From assembly GCF_001194135.2 (NCBI RefSeq), contig NC_068985.1:39058588-39122587 (forward strand): DNA of 64,000 nucleotides. Direction: 5' to 3'. The position numbers and the translations under genes were made by a program. This document shows positions 63,335-64,000 of this stretch, one piece after another. The notes under the pieces are model-generated. The model saw only the letters and a list, made by a program, of their open reading frames with translations, made no database searches and was not told where the DNA came from. Numbering within the stretch: the stretch's first letter is position 1; every line of letters begins with the position of its first letter. This stretch comes from Octopus bimaculoides. Taxonomy: Eukaryota.

Positions 63335-63777
63335 ACATAGATCGTTAGATAGATAGATAGAGAAAGAGAGAGAGAAAGAGACACGAGAAAGAGAGAGAAT
63401 CACACAGTTATACATATAAGGACACTATGTTTCATGTGTCTTTTCGTCCTTTCATTTTCCGATATAATTATGCGTAATTTAAGGGAAGATTAACTGTTGT
63501 TCCTAACTTGAAAAGCAACTACATTGTTGTAAATGCATGCTAGTGATGCTGTAGGAGTGGTTAATGATAATGCAGTGATGATGTGGTTAGTGTGGATGTT
63601 ATTCTTATGGTTGTTGCTCTAAAGATACTTAACGATGTTTACTTGTTTACCTGCTTGCTAATGATGTACTGCTGTCGTAATACCTTTTACTGTTGTTATG
63701 GCATTTTTCTTGACATTTTTTTTTCGATCAGTGAAATTGATAGATTTAGATGCGGCGTTAAGAATTATACGAGCATT

Positions 63778-63811
<34 letters not shown>

Positions 63812-63935
63812 GGGCAGAAATCTTTGTTGTTATTGATGCTATTGTTGTTGGTGTTGCTGATGTCGCTGCTACTGCTGCTGTTCTTGCTGCAGCTACGGCA
63901 ACAATGCCATACCACCACATATTTTGTGCGTAACA

Positions 63936-63977
<42 letters not shown>

Positions 63978-64000
63978 TATATATATATATATATATATAT

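Larger units (their letters stand above)
1..64000. repeat. Pervasive microsatellites ((TA)n, (CA)n, (GA)n, (GATA)n, (TACA)n, (CAT)n, (GTA)n) flanking almost all 27 N gaps
   Basis: Directly visible; the gaps total about 8 kb by manual tally. Confidence 0.95.

Noticed and set aside
103-63974. Long ORFs in the supplied track (X-rich, or YI/CV/HT/RE/SL dipeptide and homopolymer runs)
   Set aside because: They are produced by N gaps and microsatellites that lack stop codons, not by genes.

Overview
Eukaryotic, AT-rich, repeat-dense genomic DNA. It is almost certainly from an octopod cephalopod draft assembly (inferred from the SINE families and the extreme microsatellite load). About 8 kb is N, in 27 gaps that nearly all sit inside microsatellites. 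Most ORFs in the supplied track are artefacts of gaps and simple repeats. Supportable content: (1) about 30 copies of several tRNA-derived SINE families; (2) decayed fragments of a HERO-like and an R4/Dong-like RLE non-LTR retrotransposon, a CR1-like LINE 3' end and a DD41D Tc1/mariner transposase; (3) a non-autonomous Helitron and a Helentron-type HINE; (4) one probable terminal coding exon (60302-60511, +) with an in-frame 23-aa internal repeat. The most interesting item is a 363-bp, highly structured unit at 55907-56302. It is bounded by 33-bp direct repeats and contains a decayed minimal type I hammerhead ribozyme fold, so it looks like a retrozyme or Penelope-pLTR-like insertion, possibly copied from a circular RNA. 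A second short repeat family with a hammerhead-like motif occurs three times next to (TA)n tracts. No rRNA, genuine tRNA gene or CRISPR array was found. All family assignments come from motif recall, not from database searches.
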